The position numbers were made by a program, and so were the translations under genes. A stretch of DNA of 64,000 nucleotides from Nemertoderma westbladi (Eukaryota; Animalia; Xenacoelomorpha). The DNA is taken from assembly GCA_032718475.1 (NCBI GenBank), contig JAUCBJ010007264.1, forward strand, positions 31,183 through 95,182, written 5' to 3'. The first letter of the stretch is position 1. Each line of letters begins with the position of its first letter. Below the pieces are notes generated by a model. That model saw only the letters and a list, made by a program, of their open reading frames with translations. It did no database searches and was not told the DNA's origin. Below are positions 11,686-24,620 of the stretch, piece after piece.

Positions 11686-12178
11686 TAAGAGGTAGAAGGG
11701 TATATAAGATATAGATATTAGTTAGCAGTTAGTAGCGTTAGTAGCGAGAGGGGGGCATATGAGTACAGCTGGGTAAATCGTGTGGCCACACGACGCACAC
11801 TGCTGTACTGCATAGGCCCACAGAGTAGGCCAGAATGTGGATTAGGGAATAGAATAATCAATAGGAAGCAGTAAGGTAGTAGGATTGAAATTAAATCAAA
11901 AATAAAATTAGAATAAGAATAGGGCTAAGAAGGGGAACAAATTATGGTAACAGTAGTAAGAATAGGCAATAACTCAGAAATTCAGAAAGAGATAGGCCAT
12001 CGAACTGAACTTAAACCACCTAAACCCATCACTCATCACGTTTGCGCCTTGGCAAGGCACCACCTACGGGTGAGCGATCGGGCAGAGTTCGAGATGGCAG
12101 GTAAACTTGTGAGAGAGGAGAGAAGCAGAGGAGAGGGAGGAGGAAGCTAGGGCGCAGAGCTACGGCTTCGAGGAATAA

Positions 12179-12988
12179 GCAGCCTTAGACGAACTTCGTT
12201 GGGCTTCGTCAGGGAGTTCGGGGGAGTCTCTAGGGAAAGAACTGGGGTGGACGGTGGGATCACCGAAACAGTCGACGTCGGGATTGCAAGCGATGCCCAT
12301 ACCAGCGGGCGCCGAGGGCGAACAACCGCAAAGGAAGTTAAGGGAGTTGGAGGGATGGAGAGCTACGGGCGAGAGCCAAGGCGGGAAGGGACATAGTGGG
12401 TCCACCGGGATACCGGGGTTGGGACCACTGCGAGAGGAGGACGAGGACGACGACGAGTTCGGAGAGATGCCGCCCATCGAGAGGATAGGCCACTCGGACA
12501 CGGACTGGGTTGGCGGGAGGGTGGTGACGGCCAGTGGGGCGAGAGCCTTCTGGGACAAACCCGGCAAGCGGGCCTGGGTGCACGAGGAGCCGGCGATGGA
12601 TTTCGCGGGGAGCACTATCAGGTTGGGCAAGCAACCGGGGACGGCACCACGGGTAGTATTCGGAGAGACGATGCCCGGGAGGGGCGAGGAGATCGACGTA
12701 GACAGGGACGCTAACGTCTAGAAGTTCGCCTATCAGCGACTCCACAGACCGCGGAGATCGCTTGGGATGAAAGACGACGTGGGGCGGGAGACATTGGTAC
12801 TCGGTTGCGGCTACTGTGGGAGACAGACCCACCAGGAAAGGAGCTGCTTGTACCGGTTCCAGAAAGGGACCAGCTGTCTCTACTGCCACGAGACGAGCCA
12901 CAGGATGGGAGCGTGTCCACGGTTGCAGAACCGATGTCCGAAGTGCAACTTTCGGGGACACCACGGACGCCAAGGAGGGATGGACTGA
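12179..12988 (+). pseudogene. Element B ORF2 remnant with a triple CCHC knuckle module and no exonuclease
   Basis: ORFs 12254-12721 and 12767-12988 share a frame, split by TAG. Motifs CGYCGRQTHQERSC, CLYCHETSHRMGAC and PRLQNRCPKCNFRGH match the knuckle block of A and C. Confidence 0.7.
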
Positions 12989-13636
12989 GGCTTTGATGTA
13001 GTGCGCCTGGAAGGCGCCACGTGAGACGTGCGAACTATGTACAAATTTAATTAATGCGAATAATCATATAAGTACAATTTGTATGTACGTACGTAGCAAT
13101 CAGTAATCTACAAATATACATTCGGAGTAAGTACTATAGTCATACAACCTTTCTCAATTAGCTACTGGGACTGTGGGGTAAACTGACTATGACACTATGG
13201 ACGAGACACCAGACAATTTCACACTTCTTGAGTGCGACGGCACAAAGAGGGGGGGGGGAGATTCGTCAGGAGGAATGAGGTAGTCAAAGTAGGGTTGAGG
13301 GAAGGAGTAGTAGGTGCGAAGTACAGAGAGAGTGCGGACGCAATTCTAGTGTGGGGGGGGGGGGGGAGAATAAGAGGCTGAGTGAGGGACGAGGAGGTCC
13401 GAGTGTATGAGAGAGTTAGGATGAGAGTGAAGAAGAGATAGGGCGGAAGTGTTGGGGAAACAAAAGTTGCGTGAGAGGTGAGCGCGATCGGCCCGACATG
13501 AGACGCCAGGCACACAGGGTAGCGTTATCATACCCATAGGGAGCGGCCTGGAAAGCCGGCTCCGAGAGAAAAGAATTCCACCCCACACCCGATACTAGAT
13601 CGGGATCCAGCGGGATTGCAGCGCACTTTTTGGTTG

Positions 13637-13674
13637 ATGCTATCTTCTTACCGGGAAGATAGCATGGGGGGGAG
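13637..13674 (+). promoter_or_regulatory. Hairpin plus polypurine tract of element B
   Basis: Inverted repeat ATGCTATCTTC/GAAGATAGCAT, then GGGGGGGAG directly before TGTTAG. Confidence 0.8.
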
Positions 13675-14938
13675 TGTTAGCTTATTCAATCCCGCTAACA
13701 CCCCATAAAGTTTAGCCAATAAGCAATATTGGGAGCCACGAGATTGGGTAATTAACCAACTCGTGCCATCCCAATAAGAATGGGAAGGAAACGCACAATG
13801 AGGGTCAGGGGCCAAACCCCTAACCCAGAGAGAACAGGTGGAGTGAACGGGAACACTCCAAAGGGCGCCAACAAGGGTATCAACCAATCAGAGGGGGGAA
13901 AGGCATCGATTAGGTAGAGTAACAAGGCCAACCGTGCAATATAGCCACTTGGCAGTAATCATATCAATTCAGTTATCTCAGTGCAATACTGGTGCTAGTT
14001 TAGGTTACATAGTTTAGCTAGGGAAGGACCGGGACTTTAGTTACCGTATCCCGCCTTCCGTGTACAACAACAATATTATCTCATATCTATATCTGTATCT
14101 ATATCTCTATACCCAAACATTATATACGACGAACAGCACAAACTCATTCACTCTTTACACACGGCGGGGACGCGTAAACTAACAACGGATAAACCGGGAT
14201 CCCTCTTGGATCCCGTCACAAGTACGCTGTAACATATTTGTGACTGTAATTAATTAGTAAAATTAAGAATTTGTACGCAGCATAGCGGAGAGTAGTTAAG
14301 GTAGTAATTTGGAGTACCGTACACTATTCACGCTGGGCGGTTATTTAATTAGCGGACAATAAGTTAGATCGCAGTATACAGTACGCAACACGCATTAGTA
14401 ATTTTGCTGGTCTAAAGCCAGCCGTAGGCAAGTTTAGTCCCACAGCAGGTATTAGCCCCAAAAAAGATACTGTACTAGACAATTTGATTATTTAAATATT
14501 CTCACATTCACACATTCCGTTAGGGAACCCCAGTCTTTGCGATTAGATTAGATTAGAAAAGACGTAATTGTTAACGCGTTTTAGCAGCAAAATTAGGCCG
14601 CAGGAATACACTCTGAGTGTAGAGCCTCTCACACTCGTCTTAAGTAAGCTTAGGGAGCCGATTCGGGTTTATTGTTTTGGTTATTCCCGCGTGGCTCATA
14701 TATTCGAACAGTTAGCTCTCTATTGAGTAATCGATAGAGAAAGGAACGAGAATTTAGCAGGAGCAGTAGAAATTAGGGAAATATATTAGCGGACGGCAGG
14801 TTAGCGCCATCCAACGGTGAGTAGCGGTTTTGTATTTAGCAGCCCTACATTAGCAATTACACGCTCCTGATTGCCCTGTTTAATAAATAGAGCAGTTTTG
14901 TGTCTTTATTGGTTAGGCCGGGTAGTTTGTTCGTAACA
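13675..14938 (+). repeat. 3' LTR of element B (~1.26 kb)
   Basis: Starts TGTTA after the PPT and ends TAACA; AATAAA at ~14882. No partner LTR in the window to confirm the end. Confidence 0.7.
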
Positions 14939-16149
14939 GAAAATATGGCGACAGTGTTCATTAATACTGAACGGACACATCAAAGATTTATTACATCCAT
15001 GCAGGAGATAACAACAATAAACTTTAATTAGATATAATTGTATATTACCGGTACCTGTTAATAAATTTCACTTATATTCGATATAGTACATAATTAAAAT
15101 GTTCAAAAGAGTATCCATAAAATCCTTTCTTCACATACCGAACGCTGATAAGTTGACATAAAGTAACAAAATTGCATACATCATTGTGTGCAAAGGTCAC
15201 TTTTCACTTTTCCTTGTTTATTTATGTAAACTTCCCTCGCTGCGCTCGCTCGGTACATAAATAAACTCGGGTCATAACGCTGCAAAGTGCTACTTTGCAC
15301 ACAATTATGTAATGTAAATAGTTATTAATTTCAATCTATCACTGATTAAACCACCATCTTATTCCCGTAATGTCTGGTTGTATAATCGATGTAATTATGA
15401 GTTGTTAGGCGCCAAACTTCGCACAGCGCAGTGAAAAAATGGACTAATCTCTTAAAAAATACTGCAAAAACCGCCACACCAAATAAAACAGTTACAATCA
15501 AACCAAATGACAAACCGTGGTATTCCAATGTTACAACACGAATATGACACTGAAATATATCGTACCTTGTTGATTACGGCTTTTTTGGATACGTGTCGAT
15601 GTACGGCACGAAAAATACAAGTAGCACAAATTTCATAATGAAAAATCATTACCAAATCAACCTGATTTTATAACATTTGGGGTTTTTTGGAATGCTGATC
15701 ACGAATATGACACTCATAAATATCGTATTATCCATCCAACCAAATTTGATTTTTTCCCTTTGAAATTGTAGGCTACTTGCATTTTTCGTCCCACCAGACA
15801 AACACGAAAAACGATAGTTGCGTTAGCGACCTTGAAAACCAGTATAGTTTCAGAATTACCAAAAAAAGGCAAAATTTAAAAGTTTCAAATTTTTGCTGCT
15901 TGTACTTTTCGTTTTGGAGTACCAAAATGGCACCAAAATTGGGATTGCACATTCCAGAAATATTTATAACTACTTTCATCGCGATCAGCTACCGCAAAAA
16001 CCCGTATACGTTTAGAATTATCTAACCAAACACAAAATGTTTAGTAATTTTATACCCGCTGGTATAGTCCCGCTGGTTTAGGCATGAGAATAAACCTAGC
16101 TAGATAAACCTAGCATGATGATTCTTAAAGAATAACCGGACCCTCCAAT

Positions 16150-16275
16150 AATAAACCTCCAGTAACCTGTTAGAATGGCTAACCGACTACCTCTCGAACA
16201 ACTATCAGAGTGTTATTATTAGTGGTACACAGTCGGGTTGGTTGCTTACATTAGCGGGAGTCCCACAAGGATCAT
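16150..16275 (+). mobile_element. CR1/L2-like LINE RT fragment
   Basis: Translates LEWLTDYLSNNYQSVIISGTQSGWLLTLAGVPQGS. Confidence 0.7.
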
Positions 16276-16704
16276 AATCATTATGCACCAGGAACTTACT
16301 CAATTATATGAAAGTACTGTACATCTTTCCTCCAACGTAACGCTTCGCAAGATTAACGATAAGGGCAACTTTTGCAATTCAGAGATTTTCTTCCCTGGCG
16401 GTTATTGCTTCAACACAACTACTTATTGTCCATCACTCTGCTCAATCTTAAGAATTTTACTATAAAGTCGCGCCGTTAATAATTATAGGGATTCATATTT
16501 CTAAGCGGCGCGGCGCGCCTGACTAATATTATTAATCATTGTTATTATTTCGAATTATTATTTTTTGTTTTTTTTATGTTAAATCATTTTATTATTTTAG
16601 TCTCAGTTTGCCAAGAAATGTTGACCGACTGTTTGATTTTTTTTTACTGTACATAAAGATCTGCTGTCATTGAACTGTATATTGGCACATTTATTCAAAC
16701 TTAC

Positions 16705-17379
16705 AGCGAAATGGAATGTCATCGATCTTATCAAAGTAGGCGACATCGTCACCGTAGGTGTCGACGATAGTACTAAGTTTGGTGTCTGAATCTACGCCAG
16801 TTTCTAATCCACAGAAATTCACTGCATTCCAGGCCCAAACAACCGCTCTGCATAGATGATTGTCACCGCATTCCTCCATACATTCATTGTAAGAGCTGAT
16901 GTCTGTTTGAGTCGTTAGATTCACTTCTCTTAGGAAACTTTTGTGGCAAGGAGAACGAAACTTTGTCACCCATTCAACTGGAATGGAAACAAACGTGATA
17001 TACAAAATACAGAAGTGTAATTTATTTGTGTGAACTGGCAATGCGACTGGATCTAGAATATTTTTACTGTATAATTTCTGATAAATAATGAACGCATCTC
17101 ACCTTTTTTTGTACTAATCCATCTTCTTTCTGATGTATCAACATACCAGCTGTCCATTCTTTCAAGACAGCTTTCGTAGTAAAGCTTACAGACCCCTTCG
17201 TTGTAACTGAAAGCCGTACACTGGTCCCTTTGTTCGCACTTAATGTTACATAAAGCGGTAGAGGGGGAGGTTGTAGAGAACGCAGTAGCGGAGGGATTCG
17301 TACAGAAGTTGTTAATGTAGATTTTGCCAACCGAATTGTTTATCACAGTGATTGCGATAACAAAGACTCCAGTATACAT
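16705..17379 (-). CDS. Host gene, secreted protein with tandem PAN/Apple-like domains (exons 17379-17103 and 16977-16705; later exons not located)
   Basis: Hydrophobic N-terminus MYTGVFVIAITVI. Motifs CNIKCEQRDQCTAFSYNEGVCKLY and ECMEECGDNHLCRAVVW..CGL. Phase-1 GTGAG donor and TTCCAG acceptor join in frame (KK-V-EW); a further phase-1 GTAAGT donor at 16704. Confidence 0.65.
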
Positions 17380-18124
17380 TATGAGGAGTTTATTTCTTTA
17401 TAGGAAAAGTTGTACAATAGTTATCCTGATTTTATGTAAAAATCTCTGGAGTAAAAATCTCAACAAGATATTAACCCATGGTCTGATCAAATACTGTATA
17501 TTTATTTCTTGGGAGGAGAAGATAATGTAATTTATGTTTTGGTACGCAAAAGGTTAACTGATTTGTCGAATAGCTACTCTGCTATGTTCTTTTATATAGG
17601 CCTATTAGAGGCCATCAATTCGTTTTTGGCCATAACTCCGCCATAATACACTCAGATATTCAAACACTCTAAATTGTAAATTTATAATTAAAGGTACTGC
17701 AGGCCTATTTATTAAACATTGTTAAACAAAAAACACCAGTTTTTAGAAGGAATTTACGGAAATAAATCCAAATTTACCTATTCCGAGCGGCTCAATAGGT
17801 ACTGTAGTCCTGAAAATACCCAATTTACTATGAAGAAATACGCGATACCATCAGTTTGAGTTAGTACTGTATTTCCAGGTCTAACTTTTATTCGAGCCGT
17901 TATTATACTATGGCCGTTTTCCAATAATTGTGGTAGGGTGTGTGTGGTTCTCGGAAGCCGATGTGCCTTCTGACTTCTGAGACACAACAATGGGCATTTG
18001 GAGCTCGGCCCTACAGTAATTGCTCAGTGATAACTTACCGTTGGCCTTCTGTTTAACGAAGGCCCGCTATCATACAGTACAGTATGTAGGGTAGGCCTAC
18101 TAGTACCAGAGAAGAGAGAGTGAA

Positions 18125-18450
18125 TAACTCCAATGTGGAAGAGGAAACAGATCAATGAGATATAGTCCCCACTATACAATCGCTTGACCGAAGACGCAAC
18201 CAAACTGAAAACAGACTTTATTATTCAATTCCACCTTTCTGTCAGTAGAAAATCAAATTCATTTTGGTATTTTGCCATGTACAGTACAGTACATGTATGT
18301 ATGTAAAAAAAATGTAAATTTCAAATGAAATAAACTAAAACTGAAAAATTGTCTGAAATTTGCTTTATTTTACAAAAGATAAAAACTACTGTTTGCTATC
18401 GAAAAACAGTGTCCGAACTATTTGCTACTATTTGGTACAATCAATAATAG
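18125..18450. repeat. Dispersed ~330-bp repeat; inverted copy at ~30470-30790
   Basis: CAATGTGGAAGAGGAAACAGATCAATGAGATA...TTTGGTACAATCAATAAT matches the reverse complement of 30470-30785. Confidence 0.8.
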
Positions 18451-19221
18451 TTACATGGCAAATAGCGGATGAAATAGAAATTATACAACGAATCGTACGA
18501 AACTCGTTCAACGAAAAGAGGTAATAAAAAATAGTAAAAATATAACCAAATTAATGTGCTTACAGTACTGCACTATATTAATTTATATGTATGTTGTAGC
18601 CACGGTATAGAATCTATCAATATTGCCTTCATTATGTATAAATAAATGATATATTTTCGAAAAGTGTTTATACAGTAGAAGCTGGTTGATTGATGTAGAT
18701 TAAAGTTTATTCTTATACTTAAATACTGTACTGTGTCCTATATGTAGGCCTACTGTAGTGATTATGTAGGCCTACTGTATAGTGTTGCAGCAACCACTGT
18801 CTCACCCCCCCCCCCCCCCCCCCGGAAAGAGTTGCCGTGGGTGTCAATGAATAATAAATGAATTGCTGCCAGGTGCAGCTGACTGACGGTTTTTTTTTAT
18901 AAATAAATAATACGATTGTAAAGCCTTGTACTTTGGGATGTAGAAGGCCTGCAATTCCTCATAGATCATCATAGTGAGGTATATCTCTACATAAACTCAG
19001 ATATACTGTAGTTCTCCTAACTGAAACCTCAACTTCTACCACAACTAGTAATTACTACCCATTCCACTCACCTACTACCAAACCCTCACGTGGCCGGTGT
19101 ACAAAGGCTGAGATTGAGATAACTCCCTCTTGAATTGACTCCCCAGTCATCTCAGCCTGTAAAAGCTTTTGCAGACATACCAAGGACGGGAAGGAATAAC
19201 GGGAAGGAATTAAAGCCAGTA

Positions 19222-21900
19222 TGACGAAATCTGTCAGCTGATTTCTTGTGGACGTGGAATTTCTTTGTTCTGCCTTATTCAGCCAATCAGAGCAATTTTC
19301 CCTTTATGTCTGACAGAGGCCTATGGAAACTCGCGCAATGCACTACGGTCTTTGTTTACTATTTTTCTGAGCATCAGAACCGGCTCGGAATTTTCTGTGC
19401 TTCTGTGTAGAAGTTTCAGACTTTGGCCTAGGAAACATCAGATGGCCTTGATTATAAGAACGTAAATCTATTATCCTACTTAATCACCGCATCACATTTC
19501 ATCATTATCAACTGCATTTCATAACTGCATAAGTAACACATACTGACTGTTCACCGCATTATTTTACTTCTGTTATTAATTGTTGTTATATTAATGGATA
19601 TTGCTGTTATATTTGGAGAATACCGATAAATAATCATAAACCCGTCAATCTTCTTGATTACTGAGGTAAGAGGAACAGGTTTACCGGTAGCAACTGCGAC
19701 TTAAATTATAGTGGTTTTTGTGTGAATTAAATGCTATTTCATAATCCCTACGTGTGTCAGTTGCTATCCTCCTTATATATGATCAAATTCAGTGACGGTC
19801 GGCAGATCAGTGCTAAGTAGTGTGAAGTAGTGTGAAGTCGTGTGAATTAGTGTGAAGGTTAATAAAGCATCTCCTAAAGAATGCGCTATTTACGAAACTC
19901 TGTGGCCATCTAGTTGTGATTAGTATAAGTCATAACTCTGTTTTTATACTTAAAGCGCCACGCCCTAAAGGAACTGTTAATATTTCCCCGAAAGTAAATA
20001 TATTTGTCAGAGATTATATAGTAACGATCAATTGAATAATACAGTAGGTCTACACTGCAATAACTCTCAAGGAATCCGAATCCAGTCTCCCAAATCGTGG
20101 GTGATAGGTCGCGCACGGACTGGCTTCGGCTGATGTAACTTCAGTACACTAGATAATTGATATAGGCTAAAGTCGATTTATAAACAAGAGGACAACTAAA
20201 ATTGGCAGGTTAAACTGCTAAAGGTCTAAAAGCGCGAACAATAATAGATTTAAGTATCTTTATTGCGCCGTAGGCAATAAAGTCAAATGTACCGGTCGGA
20301 CGGTAAACTGTAGGCCTAACTGCCCAACCACCTGAACCGGTACTTACAGGTACCCAGTATTATTTCGATTGTGATATATTGTATAATAGTAGGCTGTTTA
20401 AGAGAGTAGGGACTGTACAGTACACCCCTTATTTCTTTTAGAGCTTATTTATTTCTGTCAGTTTTATTTATCTGTAAGTGGAATATTGAGCAGAAGGCGT
20501 GTAAGCCTGCTCAGATTGTATAAATAATTTGTAGGCCGGATTGTTGTCTAACTGTTGTTAGGTCTGAGGCAATTGCAGTGTGTGTAGAGTGTCTGTCCGA
20601 TAAAGTGCTAGTTAGGAAGGTGGGGGCATCCAGTGCTGTAAGGTAAAACCCCCCCGAAAGAATAAGTCATAGTACTTGGTTAGAATGCCTACTAACTAAC
20701 CATTTCGGAGTCTGCATATACTGTAGTAAATTTAGGCTTGACAGTAGTCTGCCAGCATTTGGTCTGTGTTTTATTTGAATAGTCTGCACGGGTAGCGTAA
20801 TATTTATTATTCAGAGTCTATGCGAGTATTCGCAACCTCCAACTCCCCAAGTTTATTCCTACAGTAATTGTGCTTGTTATACATACCGTTATAGTTAAAT
20901 TAACCCCGGTACTACATCAGGGCTGCTTGGCGTAGGTAAAGACTGGTGATTTTGTGCTCCGGTCACTCCAGCAGATACCATGGTTCTTTTGGCTGTTCAA
21001 GTATATTTAACTGCTGGTTATTTGTTGTATAAGTACTTGTACCTAATTTAGGGTTTAGGGTACAGTGCTTTCCGAAAGTAATTTAGTGTGTAGGCAGTAT
21101 ATTTGTGTTGTAAGTGGTTAATAGGCACGTTAGCTCTGGTTGGCTTCGGTAATTAACCTCTAGGTAGGGACATTCCGGGTACATAACGTAGTACTTATAG
21201 AGCTAAGACTATAAGTAGTCAGACGGTGGTATTTCCTTATCTGGACAACGCAACTTACTTACTACTACTTTATTGTTTTCAACTACCGTAGTTTCCTGTC
21301 AGTTTGTAAGAACCAGAAATTATAACTCCTTGTTAGGCTGGTTTGTAGATTTCTTATAAAATTACCCTAAAAATTGTACGTGTAACTTGTTTATTGTTTA
21401 TTTAGAGATTGTAATCTCAACCTGTTGTAATTGTAAGTAATTTGTAGTGATAAGTAACTTAGTAAAGTAGAATTATCTGTATTAGTGTCCAACAAGTAGC
21501 ACTCCACTGAGAGCGTTCAGCTTCTGTGTAGTGACTCCTTATCCAGAAATAATAACATTTATTTCAAATATTGTCAAAAACCCATTGTACGGGTATATAT
21601 ATATTTATAAATCAACTCAAACAGATTTATAAAATAGTAGGCCTGTTATAAATCAATTAGGTCTTAATATCAGTTGAACTACTGCTTAATATCAGTAATA
21701 AAGTAAAGGGAAGTAACCCTAAAATTCAGAAATTCAGTTATTATAAAATAATTGACATTACCGGTATTTACGGTAAGCTTACTATATTTATATAAATTTA
21801 GGCTGAAATTATATACCGGTATTCTGTGACTGAACCTAGTCTGTAAATAATACTTATATATATACTATAAGTGTATACCGGTAGTTTAATATTATATATA
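19222..21900 (+). mobile_element. Truncated C-family element E: 5' LTR (~19222-20240) plus 5' leader, no coding region
   Basis: LTR TGACGA...GCGCGAACA is homologous to 40053-41008 and 63282-64000. 20800-21900 is homologous to the C leader at 55460-56807. Confidence 0.85.
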
Positions 21901-22002
21901 TTTTGTGGAGGAGTTTAATAATAATGTGAGGACGTTAACACATTATATGTGATATATATTATATAACAGAGTTAGTGTTAACAATATGAAAGGGCTACTG
22001 CG

Positions 22003-22570
22003 ACTACTACTAAGATCGACATGCTGCAATGCAGCCGCATTTTTAAGAATGCTGTGCCAACTTGTCAACAAAATTGCGCCGCCACAACTCCCAATCACCC
22101 ATGTCATTTGCAAGATCATCCGCATCTTCAAGGCCACTGTCCTTTAAGATGCGTCTCAAGAAAGTCATGGGCTGTCCACCATGCTTATTCACTCCATGAG
22201 GCTGCCAAAGTACAAGATTATGCACTGGCTGGTCCTCACGGCGAAAGCAATGTCCTGCAAAGCGGAGGCGATTTTGTTCTAGTGTCAAGCTTGGGGGAAC
22301 CAATGAGACACATCCAATGTTATGTAGTGTCTGGTTGGAGGTGTGTGCATTGTACTTGACACAATGAACCCGGCGTAGCATTCTTGTGAATGTGCCATCC
22401 AGAGATTTGGTGTCCTCAGCAGTTAGACCCCAGCATGGACTCCCATAGAGGAGTACTGGAACTACTGCTGCTCTATATAATCGGACCTTAAGTTTCCGAT
22501 TAATTCTCGGTGACTTCCAAATCCTGGAAAGCCTATTCAAGGCTGCCCATGCCTTTCCCTTACGGATACG
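22003..22570 (-). mobile_element. RTE-clade LINE 3' fragment with (TAG)n tail
   Basis: IWKS..RKLKVRLYRAAVVPVLLYG..W..TRMLRR..RLRFAGHCFR; near-identical to the 3' end of 28400-30465. Confidence 0.9.
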
Positions 22571-22759
22571 GATAGGGGATCACGTTTCACGTTGCCCTGT
22601 TACGTATCAGTATCATCATATGACATGACATTACTGTAGTTGTGAACGGTAACATACATGACAGGGAACCAATCAGAAGTAAGGGTACAACTGTATCACA
22701 CTGTACTGAGTATATATAACTAGGTGCACCTTTTACGGAAGATGGTAAGATGTCTTCAG

Positions 22760-23585
22760 TCATAAATATCCAGGTAAAACGCTGTGAGGATGCGGCCAAT
22801 AAATTCGCGATTTTCTGTGCGGAAACATGCCCTTTGCCTTGAAACGTGCTGGAAGGTGCCTTACTTGCGACGGTATTTTACAGGTGCGAAGCCTGGTTGA
22901 GCTCTAATGTTAAAACAATTGAGCGTCTATATATGAAGATGATTGAATGCCTGTTGGGGGTAAGAATACAAACTCCGAACGATATGTGTCTAGTCGAATT
23001 AGGAATGCCATATGCTCTGGATAGGATTCGGGAAGCGCAAAAACGTTTCGGACAAAATATGCTAAAGTTAGCTAACAGTGATATAGCGTATGTACAAGTG
23101 ATGGAGATCTGTAAAAATGCTAACACTAAGGGTTTTAAACACCCAGAGGCTGTTGGACAACAGTCTGAAAAGGGGACAAGATGCAAAGCAATTGACAATA
23201 TAAAATTGAAGCCCAGTTCAGCTACCAAGTTTCAGACATACTGTACTTAAAGACATTGAATGTAGATAGCACTGTACACAACACCAAACTACATCCCCGA
23301 TTATAAGCGGAAGGCATTTAGTCGGCTCCGCCTTATCTCGCACAACCTACGCATTGAAACGGGACGATGGAGTAGAACAGTCCGGGGGGAACGTGTGTGT
23401 GTGTGTGTGATGGCTTTTCTGTTCAGGATGAATCACATGTGCTACTGTCGTGCCCAATTACTGAGACAGAATTACTGAAACCGTCGATCTGTGTTTTGCG
23501 AGTATTGGGAATCTTTTTGGGTCTAAGAACTGTGTAAGCCTGTGTAATTATGTAGATAGGGTTTTTGATTGCATCCGTAGTTAAA
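22760..23585 (+). mobile_element. Degenerate LINE ORF2 3' end (RTEX/L2-like) with C-terminal CCHC
   Basis: YRCEAW..CLLGVR..TPN..ELG and RLISHNLRIETGRW..RVCVC..DESHVLLSCP. Confidence 0.7.
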
Positions 23586-23708
23586 AGGTAAGTAGGGTAG
23601 GTCCAATGGACGTCTTGTTATGGACGTCTTTTTAGAGATGTTGTAAGGATTACTTTTTTGGATAATTTTCAGTATATGATCATATTTTCTGTGCTGTTTT
23701 TGTAAAAT

Positions 23709-24196
23709 GTGGCGGCCACCCTAGAAACGTACCTTAACGTAGAGAACATAGTTCTGAGATAAACGCATTTAAAGTTTTTACCTTGAAAATTTTGTTAAAT
23801 TTTTTAAATTTTTTAAAATTTTTTAGCAGCTGATTCTACATTCGCGATTTCAGCCAAATTCGGACAATTTCAGCCAATTTCAGCCAAAATATGACTCACC
23901 CCCAGATGGCTGACTGATGTCCGAAGTCCAATTTTTCGTCCAAATATATGCCAATTTGAGCTAAAATCGGCCAATTTGAGTCAAAATGAGCCAAATTAAA
24001 ATTTTCAACTTTTTGACAAAAATGTCAAAAATTATTCGAAAAGTGTTTTAGAAAAACGGCCATATCTCACAAACCAAACAAGATCTCGCTTAGCCGTTTT
24101 CATTTTCGAATTCTACGGAAAATTCTGCATCGAATGAAGCAATAAAACAAAAATTGACATTCCTACGCTAAGGTCTGTTTCTAGGGTGGCCGCCAC
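23709..24196. mobile_element. Non-autonomous DNA transposon (MITE), Sola-like
   Basis: TIR GTGGCGGCCACCCTAGAAAC / GTTTCTAGGGTGGCCGCCAC flanked by a 4-bp AAAT duplication (AWWT). Superfamily inferred from the TSD only. Confidence 0.8.
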
Positions 24197-24620
24197 AAAT
24201 GTAGTTGTAATAATTATCAATAAATATATAATATATATATACAAAGTACAATAATTTTGGCAACCTCATCGATTTATACTAAGCCTGTGTAGAAATCCAT
24301 TACATAAGGCATTATTCATCTTCAACACCAGATTTTATTGGTGATATTTTACCATTGCGTCTATGGCACGTTTCGTTTATTTCATTTTTTGCAAAAACTG
24401 ATGACTGTATTTTTCTGAAAATTGCTTTATACACCCATTCAGACCATACACTACAGGAGGGTACTAAAAACAACACAATTGACCGGATAGTTTCGGAGCC
24501 TTTCGTGTGACAAACAGACAGTCAGACAAACAAACAGACATGATTTTCTTACAGTAAGTAAATCTGAAGATTTAAAAAGAAAATAATACAGCCTTTGCTG
24601 CAATATTTTGGTAAATCTTT

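Larger units (their letters stand above)
8250..14938 (+). mobile_element. Bel/Pao LTR retrotransposon B, 5'-truncated within RT, intact 3' end
   Basis: pol, hairpin tandem array, knuckle ORF remnant, PPT and TGTTA...TAACA LTR. Confidence 0.85.

Noticed and set aside
12181-12225. RRTSLGFVREFG as a remnant of the exonuclease RTSIGHLA motif in element B
   Set aside because: Different frame from the knuckle ORF and no other exo motifs nearby; likely chance.
12806-12965. Nanos-type zinc finger (CPxL..CPxC resemblance)
   Set aside because: Spacing is CX2CX4HX4C retroviral-type, not the Nanos CCHC spacing.
14939-14960. TGGCGACAGTG after the B LTR as the PBS of a tandem element
   Set aside because: It is 7 nt from the LTR end, I cannot verify a tRNA match, and no leader or gag follows.
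15170-16030. Small inverted-repeat and MITE-like pieces (also ~26860-26970 and ~28225-28310)
   Set aside because: Probable DNA-transposon debris, but ends and TSDs could not be defined with confidence.
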